A DNA stretch of 64,000 nucleotides from IMG/VR virus record IMGVR_UViG_3300042375_000684. One strand, given 5' to 3'. The notes under the pieces were generated by a model, which worked only from the letters and a program-made list of their open reading frames with translations, searched no databases and was not told the DNA's origin. Source of the stretch: a virus. The position numbers were made by a program, and so were the translations under genes. Of this stretch, positions 45,417 through 54,584 are shown one piece after another (position 1 is the first letter of the stretch; every line of letters begins with the position of its first letter).

Positions 45417-46544
45417 TTAAACCTCCATCCAGTTCATCATTGCTTCGTACTTCGGACCGTTACCAACAGAGTCACGTATCTTCTTGATTACAAGGGCCCG
45501 AAGTTCCTTTCCGTCAAGAGCAGAGAAGATGAAAGCAGCATCTTCTTTGTTAAGGAGGTTCGGAACAAAGTTGATAGCAACTTCCTTCTTTACTCCACCA
45601 TGCAGGACACGAGCAAGAGTGACAAGACCTTCGAGTCGACCAAGAACGTTTTCAATAGCAGCATCGAGTCGAAGTTCATATGCGCGAACAACAGCAAGAT
45701 CAGTTGCATCCAACAAAGGCAGGACGTCATCGAGTTGTTCATTCACGATGATATCAGCAATGTTCCGATCAGAACGGATCAGGTCCTTGGTCTTGTGGAT
45801 ACGGACATACCAATCATTCTTGATTTTCAGCATGTGGCCCGTGGTAAAACGGATGATGTCACCCTCACGTCCCTGTTGTTGGCGGGCACGTACGATGTAG
45901 TCTGACAGCCCACCGTCTACAGACCCATACTGCGGAACAACCTCGAAAGGAGCACCGAAATGCAAGTTGCTGATATACTCACCAGTAACAGTGTTACGAA
46001 TGGCGGTCAGGATCAACTTCGGCTCAGAGTAGTCAATAACGATCTTGTTGGTCGGTGCAATGTATTCAAAGATCGGAGTTAAGCCATCGTCCATCATATA
46101 TTCAAGCCAATCATACTGATTAGCATCAAGCAACTTTTCAGACTCGACAGCGATATCAGTCACACCCATCTTGGTGGCAAGACGAATCATTCCGTTCATG
46201 CGGAGCGGACGAATCATCGAGCCGTCCATCTTTTCCATGATAACATGAGGTTGAGTCATGTCAATCATATAAATCTGAGTCTCTTCACGCTCGTTCACGT
46301 TGAAGAACTTGTGATAGGGCCGCGACATGATGTTGCCTTCAGTATCGAAGATGATACCGCGGCACTCACGACGAATAGCAGCGCCAAGATCATCAGGACC
46401 AGCCATGTTGAAAGTATCCGCCATGGCCACAACATAGTTAATTACCGTGCCAAACTCGCGCTCAGCAACAATAAATTCGGAACGGCCTTCGATGTAAGGA
46501 AGGACATCAGTGATGGTACGAATTTCAGGAAACACATAGTTCAT
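45417..46544 (-). CDS. rnlA: RNA ligase 1 (T4 RnlA-like)
   Basis: RECRGIIFD, RPYHKFFNVNE, EKMDGS, EGDII, LKIKNDWY. Confidence 0.88.
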   Translation of the reverse strand: MNYVFPEIRTITDVLPYIEGRSEFIVAEREFGTVINYVVAMADTFNMAGPDDLGAAIRRECRGIIFDTEGNIMSRPYHKFFNVNEREETQIYMIDMTQPHVIMEKMDGSMIRPLRMNGMIRLATKMGVTDIAVESEKLLDANQYDWLEYMMDDGLTPIFEYIAPTNKIVIDYSEPKLILTAIRNTVTGEYISNLHFGAPFEVVPQYGSVDGGLSDYIVRARQQQGREGDIIRFTTGHMLKIKNDWYVRIHKTKDLIRSDRNIADIIVNEQLDDVLPLLDATDLAVVRAYELRLDAAIENVLGRLEGLVTLARVLHGGVKKEVAINFVPNLLNKEDAAFIFSALDGKELRALVIKKIRDSVGNGPKYEAMMNWMEV

Positions 46545-46546
46545 TT

Positions 46547-46726
46547 TCAGTCTTCCATCATTACAAAAAAGTTGTGGGTGCCAGCAAAGAAGTCGTTCAG
46601 CCAGTCATTGATCATTTGCTTGTAGTCGCTATAGTGAGCGACTGGATGAGTCAGGAGCTTTAGACCTTTGATTGGATCAAAGGTCGTGTAGGCAGTTTCA
46701 TAAACCGTGTATTCTACATTGATCAT
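46547..46726 (-). CDS. Small hypothetical protein (59 aa)
   Basis: Hand-translated; first ORF after cassette. Confidence 0.55.
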   Translation of the reverse strand: MINVEYTVYETAYTTFDPIKGLKLLTHPVAHYSDYKQMINDWLNDFFAGTHNFFVMMED

Positions 46727-46740
46727 GGTCAGTTCCTCTT

Positions 46741-46783
46741 ACCTTATAGAATCAGTATAAACTATTCAGGTGGTAATGTCAAC
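46741..46783 (-). promoter_or_regulatory. Repeated early promoter cassette (class A)
   Basis: Same repeat; spacer variant shared with the 62307 copy. Confidence 0.9.
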
Positions 46784-47104
46784 CCACTTAATCAAATTAA
46801 AATCAGGAAAAACAATTTTTGCATGCACAACTTCACAGAGACCATTCTGAACTCTTGCTTTCCAAAAATCATCAGATCCTTCGCCCTTACCTTCAAGTTC
46901 AATTAGAATTTTTGGATATTGCAAGGAGACTCGCGCGCAATCTTCTTTCCAGTCATACCATTTTGATTCAAAATAATTTGTAAGTGTGGTCCCATCATCC
47001 AAAAATTCATAGTCATGAAGATCAAGATCTTTTGCAATCTTCAAACCTTGGTTTGCATTATCAAGATTTGAAATTTTTAACTCATATTGTGTGTAGTATC
47101 CCAT
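46766..47104 (-). CDS. Hypothetical protein
   Basis: MGYYTQYEL...KWYDW..GEGSDDFWK. Confidence 0.65.
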   Translation of the reverse strand: MGYYTQYELKISNLDNANQGLKIAKDLDLHDYEFLDDGTTLTNYFESKWYDWKEDCARVSLQYPKILIELEGKGEGSDDFWKARVQNGLCEVVHAKIVFPDFNLIKWVDITT

Positions 47105-47355
47105 TAAAATCCCCCGTTAGTGTCCCAGTATTCTGCATTTTCTTTTTCAATTTGATCCCACTGTTCTTTGAGAATCGACACATCATATTCATTAGCCAAA
47201 TATGGCTCTTGCCAGTAAGGTTCTCCGACAGGTGCCATTACAGAGGTTCCACCTTCATGAACATAGAACATATCGCTGTAATCTGCATCTACATAGATGC
47301 GAATTTCCCCGCCTTCTTCATAAGAAGACCAGCTAGCTTCATAAACAAGTTGCAT
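47104..47355 (-). CDS. Hypothetical protein
   Basis: ORF track. Confidence 0.55.
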   Translation of the reverse strand: MQLVYEASWSSYEEGGEIRIYVDADYSDMFYVHEGGTSVMAPVGEPYWQEPYLANEYDVSILKEQWDQIEKENAEYWDTNGGF

Positions 47356-47356
47356 T

Positions 47357-47512
47357 TTAAACCTTCATACATAGAAGTGTAAGTTTGGCATAGCGCCGAA
47401 TTTCTTCATCGGATGATTCTGAAAAGTCAAACGAATACATTCGTTCATAGACTAGACTGGCAGTTTCCATAGGAATATTCAGAAGTTCAGAGATAACACT
47501 AACCCAGTACAT
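47357..47512 (-). CDS. Small hypothetical protein (51 aa)
   Basis: Hand-translated; first ORF after cassette. Confidence 0.5.
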   Translation of the reverse strand: MYWVSVISELLNIPMETASLVYERMYSFDFSESSDEEIRRYAKLTLLCMKV

Positions 47513-47529
47513 TGTGTTTCCTTTTCATG

Positions 47530-47571
47530 CCTTATAGAATCAGTATAAACTATTTGAAATCAAATGTCAAC
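47530..47571 (-). promoter_or_regulatory. Repeated early promoter cassette (class A)
   Basis: Same repeat. Confidence 0.9.
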
Positions 47572-47599
47572 AAAAAAGGCGAGGAATTTCTCCCTCGCC
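47572..47599 (-). terminator. Intrinsic terminator after the SPFH gene
   Basis: GGCGAGG...CCTCGCC hairpin with T6 on the minus strand. Confidence 0.8.
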
Positions 47600-47623
47600 G
47601 AAATTTATTTGTAAGGATAGATC

Positions 47624-49015
47624 TTATTTTGTAGTAATGGTTGTATCCACTGCAAGATCTTTTGCGGTTTTCACCATCAGCATGTTCATGAAACTTTCAA
47701 CAGTCCCAAGGGCCGAACCAGAATTTCCTGAACCATTGCCACCAGCAATAACTGTGGATGGAACATTGATCTTGGAAGCAGCATCAGCCCATACTTTTTG
47801 TGCTTCGGTCCATGCCGCAAGTTTTTGTGCAAGAGCACCATCGGCCTCAAGGATTACACGCTTTTCATATGCAGCAGCATCGGCACCAACTTGAACAGAT
47901 TCAGCATCAATTCGAGCACGTTCAAGGTTAATAGCAGCAGTTTCCTTTGCTACACGAGCCTCTTCACGGACACGTTCAGCAGCAGTAATTGCAAGTTTCT
48001 TCTGGGTTTCGGCCTCGGTGGTCAACTGGATTTGTTCGGTCTTTGCTTCTGCTTGACGCTTTGCAATTTCAGTATCACCTTCTGCAATTCGGAGCAGACG
48101 CTGTTCCTCTTGTTCAAGCCGCTGTTCCTTTGCAATGACCCGACGAGATACAGCATCCTTACGCTTCTTTTGTTGTTCCTCGAATGCAGGGTCAGCCTCG
48201 ATTTTTTCTAGGATTGCCTGACTAACTAGGATACCATATTGCAGATATTCCGGAACAGTACGAATTTCTTTACCATTACCATCAAGCACCTTTTCGGCAA
48301 CCATGATAGTGACGGTGGTAGCACCAACATCTGAAGTATCAGCTGCGTTTACAGTATCAGATGCAGCAGCACCGGAAGAATCAGCATTCAGTGCATCAAT
48401 TACTTTTGGAACAAGTTGGACTTTGGGTTGACCTTTCATCAGAGTATCTTTGAACTCGATTTTAAATTGATCTCGCATCTGGCCAGAGAAATACTGTTCC
48501 ATAGTAAACATGTTAGCAACAGTGTCGATTGCTGTAGTAACACTTGGACGAAGTGTCGTGGTAATCAGGCGCTCTGGTGACCGAAAGTCGCGGGCCATTT
48601 TCAAGAATTGGTCCGAATCTTGAGGAATACCGAAACGAGTTGTTTGGAATACATCGCCAGTCCAGTTATCACTCATACGAACATTATATGAGCCGCTAAC
48701 TGAACTTCCTTCAGCGTCAGGATCAAGTGTATGTGCTACAGTAATGAAGTAAGGCCATGCAGTTGAAGTTCCCCAGGCAGAAAAATACCAACCAGTTTCA
48801 CAAGTTGAACTTTCAGATCCAAAAATTGTTCGGACGTGTTGGCAATAACCAGCATCATTATAACTGATGGCACCAAAACCACCGATGAGAAGACCAAATG
48901 ATGCAAGAATAGGAACAAAAATCCTTTTCAAAGTACCAAGTTCTGCCGGCACCCTGACAAGTTTAAGTACAGTAGCAAGTACCAAAAATAGTACGGCCAT
49001 AAAAATAGTAAACAT
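47624..49015 (-). CDS. SPFH/band-7 (prohibitin/flotillin-like) membrane protein
   Basis: Two N-terminal TM helices, SPFH-like core, long alanine-rich coiled coil. Confidence 0.78.
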   Translation of the reverse strand: MFTIFMAVLFLVLATVLKLVRVPAELGTLKRIFVPILASFGLLIGGFGAISYNDAGYCQHVRTIFGSESSTCETGWYFSAWGTSTAWPYFITVAHTLDPDAEGSSVSGSYNVRMSDNWTGDVFQTTRFGIPQDSDQFLKMARDFRSPERLITTTLRPSVTTAIDTVANMFTMEQYFSGQMRDQFKIEFKDTLMKGQPKVQLVPKVIDALNADSSGAAASDTVNAADTSDVGATTVTIMVAEKVLDGNGKEIRTVPEYLQYGILVSQAILEKIEADPAFEEQQKKRKDAVSRRVIAKEQRLEQEEQRLLRIAEGDTEIAKRQAEAKTEQIQLTTEAETQKKLAITAAERVREEARVAKETAAINLERARIDAESVQVGADAAAYEKRVILEADGALAQKLAAWTEAQKVWADAASKINVPSTVIAGGNGSGNSGSALGTVESFMNMLMVKTAKDLAVDTTITTK

Positions 49016-49279
49016 TGTATAGTTTCTCCTTAGTGTGTTTTATTTAGTTGTGTTTGTTGATCTTTGTATTCGGTGTAAACCCATACAAAGAATGGAATAT
49101 ATGCTAGAAAAAGTGCAATCGCTAAGTTCATTTATCTTGTTCCCTATTATCAACTACCTTTTCGACAATATTTCCATCTTCGTCCTTATCTTTGACATAT
49201 GTATAAGTATTTTTACTTTTAACAGGCCAGAAGATACCGATAACAAGAACGATAAAACATGTAATAAGAATTAGCGTAA

Positions 49280-49510
49280 TCATGATAGAATCTCAGCTGG
49301 TTCAAATTCTGTTCGGACTGTTTCAGGAGTCCCGTAATAGACACTCCATTTCATACGAAACTTCTTTCCAGTTTTGTGTAAAAAATCACGGGTGAATACT
49401 CCATAATCCTCTTGACTGTCAATACATTCTTCATCTGAGATTGCAGTAAAAAGTGGATGAAGTTCATCAATGATGCAGTGTAGGTGTTGCTCGATAATTG
49501 ATATTGTCAT
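49280..49510 (-). CDS. Hypothetical protein
   Basis: Start reassigned to MTISIIEQ. Confidence 0.55.
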   Translation of the reverse strand: MTISIIEQHLHCIIDELHPLFTAISDEECIDSQEDYGVFTRDFLHKTGKKFRMKWSVYYGTPETVRTEFEPAEILS

Positions 49511-49680
49511 TAGGTTTTTCCAATAAGTCCTCTGATAAATGCCCAAATGAAGAAGATAGGAGTTAGAAAAATCAGTAACAATAACCCTATCCAAAAATGT
49601 TCTACAAGTACAAGTGCAGAACCATATACTGTTACTAGAATGAAAGCAAAAACAATAATTGCAAAAACCAGTTCAACCAT
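49510..49680 (-). CDS. Small membrane protein (56 aa)
   Basis: Hand-translated MVELVFAIIVFAFILV...; two TM segments. Confidence 0.55.
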   Translation of the reverse strand: MVELVFAIIVFAFILVTVYGSALVLVEHFWIGLLLLIFLTPIFFIWAFIRGLIGKT

Positions 49681-50018
49681 TATGGTCTCACAATAATATT
49701 GTTGTCTCTATAGCGAGAAACTAGAATTACTTCATAACCTTTGAGTTCTGGGTGTTTCCGAAGATGCCGCAGGAATGCCCGATATGATTTGCAATCAGAA
49801 TGAGTAGATGCACCCGCGGGTGTCATCGTATTAGCAGTTACCCACTTCTTTGTCTGAAAGCACCACCAAAGTGAAGGTTGATCATCATTCCGAAATACGG
49901 TGATTCCCATGAACCATCGACGGAGAATACGTTGACCTTTTGGTGCTTCGAAAGTGATGTTCATTTGATTCTTTAATGATATTAAGTAAGAAGATTTTGC
50001 GAGTTTGCTGTTGGTCAT
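49680..50018 (-). CDS. Hypothetical protein
   Basis: ORF track. Confidence 0.6.
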   Translation of the reverse strand: MTNSKLAKSSYLISLKNQMNITFEAPKGQRILRRWFMGITVFRNDDQPSLWWCFQTKKWVTANTMTPAGASTHSDCKSYRAFLRHLRKHPELKGYEVILVSRYRDNNIIVRP

Positions 50019-50287
50019 TACACTTCCACATCTTGATATTGAACTTCCAAGATTTCATAGTCATGCTTTGGGTTTTTAGGAATCCAACGACCTGTTACAT
50101 AACGATGTTTATTACCATGGTTTGGTAAATCCAAGTATGCTTCTTTCGATGTCGGCCACGATTCCAATACAGACCTGTCACCTCGTATGGACATACCATA
50201 TTGATCTACTTGTTGAATGACGACTTGCCACTCACATCGCATTGTTTTGATACGGAAATTCTTCGTTTGGTTCATTTTGTACCTCAT
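50018..50287 (-). CDS. Hypothetical protein
   Basis: ORF track. Confidence 0.6.
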   Translation of the reverse strand: MRYKMNQTKNFRIKTMRCEWQVVIQQVDQYGMSIRGDRSVLESWPTSKEAYLDLPNHGNKHRYVTGRWIPKNPKHDYEILEVQYQDVEV

Positions 50288-50293
50288 ATAGAC

Positions 50294-50322
50294 AATATAT
50301 ACTGATTCTCTACTGTTGTAAA
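50294..50322 (-). promoter_or_regulatory. Early promoter (class B)
   Basis: TTTACA-17-TATATT with AGAATCAG in the spacer. Confidence 0.7.
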
Positions 50323-50330
50323 CAAAAATA

Positions 50331-50540
50331 TTATGCCAACACGATTTTAATTTCTTTCAACTCAAAGTCAGGAAGATCATCTTTTGCATATGAAGGTTGA
50401 TTTGTCATTGTACGAGTTGCTGCACCTTTCGATGTGTAGACACGAGCTTTCTGAAGCTCATCGGTCAATGTGTGACCCCATGCATCTGTTTTCTGCAGAT
50501 ATTTCAGAGTAAGTTTATCTCGGAGAACATATGAGGTCAT
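50331..50540 (-). CDS. Small hypothetical protein
   Basis: Start MTSYVLRD with SD. Confidence 0.6.
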   Translation of the reverse strand: MTSYVLRDKLTLKYLQKTDAWGHTLTDELQKARVYTSKGAATRTMTNQPSYAKDDLPDFELKEIKIVLA

Positions 50541-50570
50541 GGTCGTTTCACCTTTTGTTTTCATAATAGC

Positions 50571-50599
50571 AATATATACTGATTCTATTTCATTGTAAA
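50571..50599 (-). promoter_or_regulatory. Early promoter (class B)
   Basis: TTTACA-17-TATATT with AGAATCAG in the spacer. Confidence 0.7.
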
Positions 50600-50632
50600 C
50601 CAAATTATTTTACTTAAGTACGATATTTTTAG

Positions 50633-50660
50633 TTGACATTATCTTAACACATGGTATAAT
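50633..50660 (+). promoter_or_regulatory. Consensus sigma70 promoter on the + strand with no convincing sense gene downstream
   Basis: TTGACA-16-TATAAT with TG just upstream (ATGGTATAAT). Confidence 0.65.
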
Positions 50661-50732
50661 TGGATTATCATCCATAAAGATATATGAATCAGTTAATTGA
50701 ATTTAAACTGAAAGAATCAAGAAAAGTATATA

Positions 50733-50918
50733 TTAGTCGTCCCAGGCAGCATTGCTCCATCCTTCATCCCAAGCAAGGTAAAAATCCCACTCGTCATTGT
50801 TGTTATACTGGTTATCCTCCGATCCCATACCGTTTTGATATGCACGATAGCATTCTTCACGTGCATCCGATACAGTATGATCCGAAGAATGAACCCAGTT
50901 GTAGTATTCTTCGTCCAT
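50733..50918 (-). CDS. Small acidic protein
   Basis: ORF track. Confidence 0.55.
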   Translation of the reverse strand: MDEEYYNWVHSSDHTVSDAREECYRAYQNGMGSEDNQYNNNDEWDFYLAWDEGWSNAAWDD

Positions 50919-51053
50919 TAACTTGCTCCCAAAATTAACATCATCACGCCGAAAACAGTAAACAAGATTGCAAATGCAGTACCTACTTTATCGGTAGATA
51001 TAACAAATAGCAATGGTGTGATCACAAGCATAATTAGACCTGCGGCAGCCATT

Positions 51054-51323
51054 TCACTTCACTCCGTCACGAAGATAAGCGGATTCCAGAAGAAGAATGA
51101 CGCCAAGAGCTTCAAGCGGATTAAGCTTTTCGCCGAGAGCACTTGCAGTCACAGCCCGTTTTTCAAAGAAGTCGATTGCTTCGCGAACCGGCTTGCCTTC
51201 CATGTATCCAATATTTGAGTGGATACCCATCTTAACAATGTCGTAGTCAGCACGGTTCACCCATTCAGGGTTGTGAGGAGTAAGGTTTTCGCGCATTTGT
51301 TGAAGCAATTCTAGAAAGTTCAT
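51054..51323 (-). CDS. Hypothetical protein
   Basis: First ORF after cassette. Confidence 0.65.
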   Translation of the reverse strand: MNFLELLQQMRENLTPHNPEWVNRADYDIVKMGIHSNIGYMEGKPVREAIDFFEKRAVTASALGEKLNPLEALGVILLLESAYLRDGVK

Positions 51324-51338
51324 GGTCGGTTCCTTTAT

Positions 51339-51380
51339 ACCTTATAGAATCAGTATAAACTATTTGAAAGCAAATGTCAA
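51339..51380 (-). promoter_or_regulatory. Repeated early promoter cassette (class A)
   Basis: Same repeat. Confidence 0.9.
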
Positions 51381-51646
51381 ACGTTATCAATACGCCTGTT
51401 GTGCATCTTTAAAAACTTTTTTGCATTCTTAAAAGTTTCACGATCTATAACATCAAAGTCAGGTGTCCATGGATGATTCGAAGAATAAGGATGATCAGAA
51501 AATCTGAACAAGTATGTTTTATTTCGTACATCCAGTTCAATATACCTTGAAGTTTGCGACCCACGCACACGATATTTGCACATCCTTTTGGTGCAAAGAT
51601 TCTTGAAGAAACCGTAAAACTTATTCTTTTCAGTAAAGTTTTCCAT
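51377..51646 (-). CDS. Hypothetical protein
   Basis: SQTSRYI...FRFSDH; flanked by cassettes. Confidence 0.65.
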   Translation of the reverse strand: MENFTEKNKFYGFFKNLCTKRMCKYRVRGSQTSRYIELDVRNKTYLFRFSDHPYSSNHPWTPDFDVIDRETFKNAKKFLKMHNRRIDNV

Positions 51647-51660
51647 GCTGACCTCTTTGA

Positions 51661-51700
51661 TTATAGAATCAGTATAAACTATTTGAAAGCAAATGTCAAC
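51661..51700 (-). promoter_or_regulatory. Repeated early promoter cassette (class A)
   Basis: Same repeat. Confidence 0.9.
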
Positions 51701-51947
51701 GGATAATTAGTTCTTTCTTTGCAAAAACCATTTCTGGATCCAACCCAACAAGATCAATACCACAAAGATCGAACTTCTTGTAACTCAAGCATTCTTTATA
51801 ATCTAGAATTTCACCAAGAAGTTCCTTGATCTTTGCGATGTATTTCTCTGGTGCTGTGCTGTTTATTCTTGAAACATTTTCATAGAGACCAATTTCATCA
51901 TATCTAATACCACTTTTTAATTTTGGAAATGTCGGTAATTTTTCCAT
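51696..51947 (-). CDS. Hypothetical protein
   Basis: ORF track. Confidence 0.55.
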   Translation of the reverse strand: MEKLPTFPKLKSGIRYDEIGLYENVSRINSTAPEKYIAKIKELLGEILDYKECLSYKKFDLCGIDLVGLDPEMVFAKKELIIR

Positions 51948-53293
51948 TATTTTAAACCTTTTGCCATGTCTTTAGTTTCAAGTGCCCGTTCCAGTGTATC
52001 GGTTTCGGTTTTATCATCACGGACCTCAATGAACCGAGGATGTGAAAGTGCATAGTGCTCATTTGCACGACCACGAGTCAAGTCATTGCACCGAACAGTG
52101 ACAATTTTACCGATCATTTCTGCTCGACGAGAATTGAAGTCCTGAAGTAGATCATCAGTAAAACCAGATGTCCGACCTTTAATCTTACCATCATCAGTTT
52201 CAAAGAGTATTGCACCAAACGTTTCTGCACGTGCAGTTCCAGGTGTTCCTTCTTGGAACCCAGTAATCCGAACCTCAAGATCAATTTCGAGCTTCAGCTT
52301 CAACTGATGTTTACTAGTCCCATTCTTGAAAATACCATCTTTATCCTTCAAAACACCACCTTCAAGATCTTGATCCATCCACATTGAAGTCACTTCAAGT
52401 GCTTCATCAATGGTTTTGACCTCGTGATACGCAATCACGTGAATATTAGACGAATTCATTTCCGAAACAAGATTTTCAAGTTGTCGCAGTCGGTCTTTGT
52501 ATTTGGTCTTGTTTGGCACTTTATTATGTGCATTTGCATATTCTTCTGGTGTAATATAATCCCAAACATGAAAATCAATAATATCGTGTGGCGGTGTATC
52601 AGAATTGATCAAGCCGTTTGATTCTGCACGATTTGGTGACCCACGGACAAGCAACTCACCCACGTAGTAACCGTCTGGCGATTGAGCCAGGTACGATTCT
52701 AGCACAGGATATGTATATGATTCGCCAGATCGAGAAACAAATTCAACTTTGCCACCGGAGACAGATGCCTCACGATAAGTACCATCAGCTTTCAACTGAA
52801 TATATGCAGGGAACTTGATGTCTTTTGCGGTTTTTGGACCAAAAATGCCGCAGCGCATATAGACGGGTTTCATAATCAGATCAGGGAACACTTTATTGAT
52901 CTGAGTCCGACCCATGTTTGTACGAAGGTCTCGGTTTAAAATTCGTGTCGCAACAATTGTATCTTCCGGAGAAAGTCCGATCAGACATTCATGCATCTTG
53001 GCAATAGCTTCATTGCCAGTAACATTACGAGTCGAAAGTTTATTTGCCATGAACTCGAGGACTTCATCAAGTGTGTGAGTTACAGTTTTTGTTTCCGCAA
53101 AAACTTCATCATGCATATCACCAGATAGCCAATGTTTAATAGAAAGACCATATGTAAACTTGACTCGATCATGTGTCATTTGGAGAACACGTTGTAATTG
53201 TGTATGATCGGTATACTTTTTGAGAACGGCTAGCTTGTAATTACTACCATTCTCGATGTTTAATTCATTGATAATTTCAAATACTGATTTCAT
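51947..53293 (-). CDS. gp30: ATP-dependent DNA ligase (gp30-like)
   Basis: QLKADG, YVGEL, EGGVLK, LKLK, LSHPRF. Confidence 0.93.
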   Translation of the reverse strand: MKSVFEIINELNIENGSNYKLAVLKKYTDHTQLQRVLQMTHDRVKFTYGLSIKHWLSGDMHDEVFAETKTVTHTLDEVLEFMANKLSTRNVTGNEAIAKMHECLIGLSPEDTIVATRILNRDLRTNMGRTQINKVFPDLIMKPVYMRCGIFGPKTAKDIKFPAYIQLKADGTYREASVSGGKVEFVSRSGESYTYPVLESYLAQSPDGYYVGELLVRGSPNRAESNGLINSDTPPHDIIDFHVWDYITPEEYANAHNKVPNKTKYKDRLRQLENLVSEMNSSNIHVIAYHEVKTIDEALEVTSMWMDQDLEGGVLKDKDGIFKNGTSKHQLKLKLEIDLEVRITGFQEGTPGTARAETFGAILFETDDGKIKGRTSGFTDDLLQDFNSRRAEMIGKIVTVRCNDLTRGRANEHYALSHPRFIEVRDDKTETDTLERALETKDMAKGLK

Positions 53294-53493
53294 TCTTTTT
53301 CCTTCCATTCAATCATAATATATGCTTCGTCACCTTGGTCGTAGGCACCATATTCATGCCGGAATGCAACTTGAACAAGTTCGCAACCTTCAGGAATCCA
53401 TTTATTGAAGAAACTCATATCAGAAAAAGCATCACAGTCCAACTCGTGCATTTGAACATTTACATAACCTTCAAAAGGCTTTTTCTTTTTCAT
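53290..53493 (-). CDS. Hypothetical protein
   Basis: ORF track; ATGA overlap with the ligase. Confidence 0.55.
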   Translation of the reverse strand: MKKKKPFEGYVNVQMHELDCDAFSDMSFFNKWIPEGCELVQVAFRHEYGAYDQGDEAYIMIEWKEKE

Positions 53494-53659
53494 TCCACGT
53501 TCCCCACAAGTTTATAGCCACGATCTTCTTCCCAGATGAGCATTTGTGCGTCAATCCAGATTTCTGCCGATATAGCAGACGCAAAAGGTACCGAGTCGAT
53601 AATCTCCTCGGTACGCATGTCTTTTACGAGAACAGTCATCATAGCAGGTTCCTTTATTC

Positions 53660-53702
53660 ACCTTATAGAATCAGTATATACTATTTGTAAGCAAATGTCA
53701 AC
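53660..53702 (-). promoter_or_regulatory. Repeated early promoter cassette (class A)
   Basis: Same repeat. Confidence 0.9.
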
Positions 53703-53747
53703 TCAGAAGTTGTGTTCTTCCTTATATTTTTGAAGCCATTTCAGTCT

Positions 53748-53981
53748 TCATTCTTCATCACCATCATCAGTGTCGTCATCAATATCATCATCAGTTTCAT
53801 CATAGATCGTATCTACTTCGTGACCAAGAAGTTCTTCCAGAACATACCGATAAGCATCTTCTGTATTCATAAATAGGCGATCTTCGACTTCCTTGCCGTC
53901 AATATAAAGGATAGTTCCATACTCGGAGCAGCAACCAGGTTCACCACAAGTCCAGTAATAATCTTTTGTTACAATTTTCAT
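53748..53981 (-). CDS. Small acidic protein
   Basis: ORF track. Confidence 0.55.
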   Translation of the reverse strand: MKIVTKDYYWTCGEPGCCSEYGTILYIDGKEVEDRLFMNTEDAYRYVLEELLGHEVDTIYDETDDDIDDDTDDGDEE

Positions 53982-54346
53982 TAGAATGCTACCTCATCTT
54001 CATATGTTTCTTTGACTCGTTTCTTTTTCTTGGCAAGAATATAGTTTGTCTCTTCACCTGATTTATATCGTTCTCTGGCATCTTCAATTACAGAATTATA
54101 ACCAAAACCAACTGGATCACCGGCCCAAGTCAATTTTGTTTTACTTTCTGTCACTGGTTTCCAACCATTGGTTTTCTCTCCGCGGCCGTTATATGCTTGA
54201 AGAATACTTGAATTTTCATCAAAGTGTAGATACCAAGCACCATTCTCTACCCAACCAGTCCAGATACCATTCTTGTATGTGACATCAGAACAGTATAACC
54301 AATGGTTTTCATCAAATAGAAATACTTTACTAGCCACGATAATCAC
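53981..54346 (-). CDS. Hypothetical protein
   Basis: ORF track. Confidence 0.55.
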   Translation of the reverse strand: MIIVASKVFLFDENHWLYCSDVTYKNGIWTGWVENGAWYLHFDENSSILQAYNGRGEKTNGWKPVTESKTKLTWAGDPVGFGYNSVIEDARERYKSGEETNYILAKKKKRVKETYEDEVAF

Positions 54347-54584
54347 CTACACCGAGATCACTTTTTAGACCCTGTCCTCCTGGCATAAATCCCACAGAGG
54401 ACCTGGTATTAGATTTTACTTTCAGACTAACATCAATCGTAATTTCATTCCCAAGTTGATAGATTTTATCACCATTCTCTGGTTTATATTCACCACTTTT
54501 GTAGACCTCAAGCGGATCATCAATTAATCCTATAGCGCTTTCACCAGTTTCAAACTTTTTTATGAATACATATTTCATAACCAA
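54330..54584 (-). CDS. Hypothetical protein
   Basis: ORF track. Confidence 0.55.
   Translation of the reverse strand: MVMKYVFIKKFETGESAIGLIDDPLEVYKSGEYKPENGDKIYQLGNEITIDVSLKVKSNTRSSVGFMPGGQGLKSDLGVGDYRG

Noticed and set aside
50684-50938. 84-aa plus-strand ORF after the orphan promoter
   Set aside because: No clear SD, mostly antisense to the 50733-50918 gene, and no motifs; not called as a CDS.
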